A DNA stretch of 30,340 nt, from contig JBIJBT010000030.1 of the NCBI GenBank assembly GCA_044345055.1, forward strand, positions 1 through 30,340, read 5' to 3'. The DNA comes from Bdellovibrionota bacterium. Its GTDB lineage: Bacteria > Bdellovibrionota_C > UBA2361 > OMIW01. The position numbers and the translations under genes were made by a program. The notes beneath the pieces were generated by a model, which had not been told where the DNA came from, made no database searches, and was given only the letters and a program-made list of their open reading frames with translations. Below, one piece after another: positions 28,352 to 30,340 of this stretch (position 1 is its first letter; each line of letters begins with the position of its first letter).

Positions 28352-28981
28352 CTATTCTTTCTTTGACTCTGACAGCGATGGGTCTAAAGATTCAGAAGCC
28401 GGTCGAGAAAAAACCTCTGCGGTATATTCAATTCCCGACCACACCGAGAGAACTATTGACATCATGAGCAACGAAAGACCAACAACCCGTCCATTCGCAA
28501 CGTAAGCACCGAGCGATATTCGGGTTTCTGGAAGCAATAGCATGGGTATCGCCACCATCTGAAAAAGGCTTTTCCATTTTCCGAGGGTGTCCGCAGCGAG
28601 AATTAAACCCTGAGTCGCCGCAATTCCCCTGAGGCCCGTTATCCAAATTTCTCGGGCAAGGATCACCACTACCATCCAGGCAGGAACCCACGATTCCCCC
28701 GTTGAAAAATCCCGCTGAGCGACGAGCATAACCAGCGCTGTCATGACCAAAAGCTTATCGGCGAGTGGATCTATGAGAGCTCCGAACTCGGAAACGGCTC
28801 CCCAACGTCGCGCGATATACCCATCCAGAAGATCGGTTATAGCTGCAACAATGAAAACCACCACCGCCACCGTAAACATCCAGGGAGCAGGATCATGAAG
28901 CAAAAAAACTAGAAGCGGAGTCGCAAGAAGCCGACCCACCGTAAGCCAATTCGGGATCTGAGCAATGACTCTTTGATCCAT
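28352..28981 (-). CDS. pgsA: CDP-diacylglycerol--glycerol-3-phosphate 3-phosphatidyltransferase
   Basis: IPNWLTVGR, CDP-alcohol phosphotransferase motif DLLDGYIARRWGAVSEFGALIDPLADK, ILAREIWITGLR, GKWKS. Confidence 0.93.
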   Translation of the reverse strand: MDQRVIAQIPNWLTVGRLLATPLLVFLLHDPAPWMFTVAVVVFIVAAITDLLDGYIARRWGAVSEFGALIDPLADKLLVMTALVMLVAQRDFSTGESWVPAWMVVVILAREIWITGLRGIAATQGLILAADTLGKWKSLFQMVAIPMLLLPETRISLGAYVANGRVVGLSLLMMSIVLSVWSGIEYTAEVFSRPASESLDPSLSESKKE

Positions 28982-29212
28982 AGGGAGTGCTTCAGCTAAA
29001 AGGGTATCAATAGAGACGTTATCTGAGGATGATCGGAAACTTTGCGAGTCTCCCCCAATTCCTCGAACCTACTGCTTGCTCAAATGAGGAATCGCGATTG
29101 TCTGAGCCATTTATTTCTTACGCCATAAGGAATAGAAACCTCAAGCTCGACCTCTGTAGAGTACTTCGCAACTATCGATTAGTCCATGGTACTCCCTCGC
29201 TCTTGCTCTTTA

Positions 29213-29878
29213 TTATCCAATCGGATGGCCCTGATTTTCGCCTCTGCGATAATGATCGCGAAGCGCCAGCACCCGGGAAACATACGTTTGCGTCTCTGAA
29301 AAGGGAGGAATACCACGATACTGGTCAACTGCACCTTCGCCCGCATTATAAGCTGCTATCGCATGTCGAATATCGTCATATTTTTTTGATAATCTCGCGA
29401 GATGCCGCACCCCTCCCCGCAAATTCTCCTCCGCAGCGAATGGATTGCGCACACCAACTAAACGGGCCGTCCCTGGCATTAACTGCATCAGTCCCTGAGC
29501 GCCCTTTGATGAAACAGCATGCGGGTTGAATCCAGACTCTGCATGTACCACTGCCTTAACTAAATTTGCATCAACAGAAAATTGTCGCGCTATTTTATCT
29601 ATAAAGGGACCATATTGTTGGGCTCTGCGAAAAACGAACTTTGATCCGCCTCTACCGGTAGGACCAACACGATAAACGCTGAAATTAGATTTTGATGAGG
29701 TAAAAAGCTTTGCCGTTACCCCCGTTGGCGGCTTTCGATTGGTAAAGCGAATACTTCCATCTTTTTCGCGAAATACGTAAATAGCTGGACTAGCATGACT
29801 AGCACTGCTAACAACTATTACAGCTCCAAGTGCAATCGCTCGGAGGGACATCCCCAATACTCGCTTTTTTAATCGCAT
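29213..29878 (-). CDS. Soluble lytic transglycosylase (SLT domain) with signal peptide and a DUF4124-like N-terminal segment
   Basis: AVVHAESGFNPHAVSSKGAQGLMQLMP, AIAAYNAGEGAV, ETQTYV; N-terminal IYVFREKDGSIRFTNRKP. The start is likely 29878 or 29851. Confidence 0.92.
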   Translation of the reverse strand: MRLKKRVLGMSLRAIALGAVIVVSSASHASPAIYVFREKDGSIRFTNRKPPTGVTAKLFTSSKSNFSVYRVGPTGRGGSKFVFRRAQQYGPFIDKIARQFSVDANLVKAVVHAESGFNPHAVSSKGAQGLMQLMPGTARLVGVRNPFAAEENLRGGVRHLARLSKKYDDIRHAIAAYNAGEGAVDQYRGIPPFSETQTYVSRVLALRDHYRRGENQGHPIG

Positions 29879-29880
29879 AG

Positions 29881-30340
29881 TCACCCACGTTTTTCCGAAC
29901 ACGTATCCTCCGTTAGGGTGGAGGCAATACACACTGCTTCTTCTTTGAGACTAGGCAGTGCAAAAATAACAAAATCCTCAGCTGGCAGGTGAGCTCCAAA
30001 TTGCGGACGAACTCCTTTGCCGTTACAAACCACTCCTCCTGCAGCCTCGACTATAATACTCCACCCCGCAACATCCCAAACCCCAAGACGCCCTAGCCGA
30101 ATGATAACTACATCCAGCTCGCCGACGAGAAATCGCCGTAAAGCCACCTGAGTGTCTATAATAGGATGCTGCGCCCGTGTGTCTCGACACTGAACCCCTC
30201 GTACAAGAACCCTGGCAGGTTCAAGGTTTTTCCTATCCCGAACCGAAAGGCTTCGACCATCACAGTACGGGCCTAAACCACTAGTTGACTCTATCAAACA
30301 ATCAATTGCGGGGAAATAGAGCCAACCCCCAACAACCTCA
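29881..30340 (-). CDS. Inositol monophosphatase/CysQ family protein, 5'-truncated by the window edge
   Basis: The frame is open to the window end (EVVGGWLYFPAIDCLIESTSGLGPYCDG...). It carries the family signature WDVAGWSIIVEAAGGVV. Confidence 0.8.
   Translation of the reverse strand, partial: EVVGGWLYFPAIDCLIESTSGLGPYCDGRSLSVRDRKNLEPARVLVRGVQCRDTRAQHPIIDTQVALRRFLVGELDVVIIRLGRLGVWDVAGWSIIVEAAGGVVCNGKGVRPQFGAHLPAEDFVIFALPSLKEEAVCIASTLTEDTCSEKRG

Noticed and set aside
29030..29065. Resemblance of GGGAGACTCGCAAAGTTTCCG to the c-di-GMP-I riboswitch core
   Set aside because: It lacks the upstream GGCAAA/GNRA stem, and the spacing does not fit.
29029..29529. 166-aa + strand ORF
   Set aside because: It is largely antisense to the lytic transglycosylase and has no recognisable features.
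1..30340. CRISPR arrays, tRNA/rRNA genes, transposases, prophage genes
   Set aside because: No regularly spaced direct repeats, cloverleafs or mobile-element motifs were recognised by eye; short or divergent RNA genes could have been missed.

Overview
This is a bacterial chromosomal segment of roughly 50% GC with no rRNA, tRNA, CRISPR array, transposase or integrase visible. The left end (- strand) carries three co-oriented envelope-protein genes. By motif and order they look like a highly diverged F-type T4SS traF-traH-traG-like block; the last gene runs off the window and is missing from the ORF track. Upstream lie a secreted protein with a TSP3-like Cys/Asp motif, folD preceded by a strongly structured ~100-nt leader, a stand-alone GshF-type ATP-grasp ligase, aroQ and two small hypotheticals. 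On the + strand are an 8.8-kb cyclic beta-1,2-glucan synthase (cgs/ndvB) and a coupled pair: an unknown 611-aa protein plus an ATPase made of two complete tandem CoxD/MoxR-type AAA+ modules, with no vWA partner in view. The right end (- strand) holds a truncated inositol monophosphatase/CysQ-family gene, a lytic transglycosylase, pgsA, an atypical smc (acidic head insertion, short arms, degenerate hinge motif) and ftsY with an N-terminal transmembrane anchor. All family calls come from motif recognition by eye; no searches were run.
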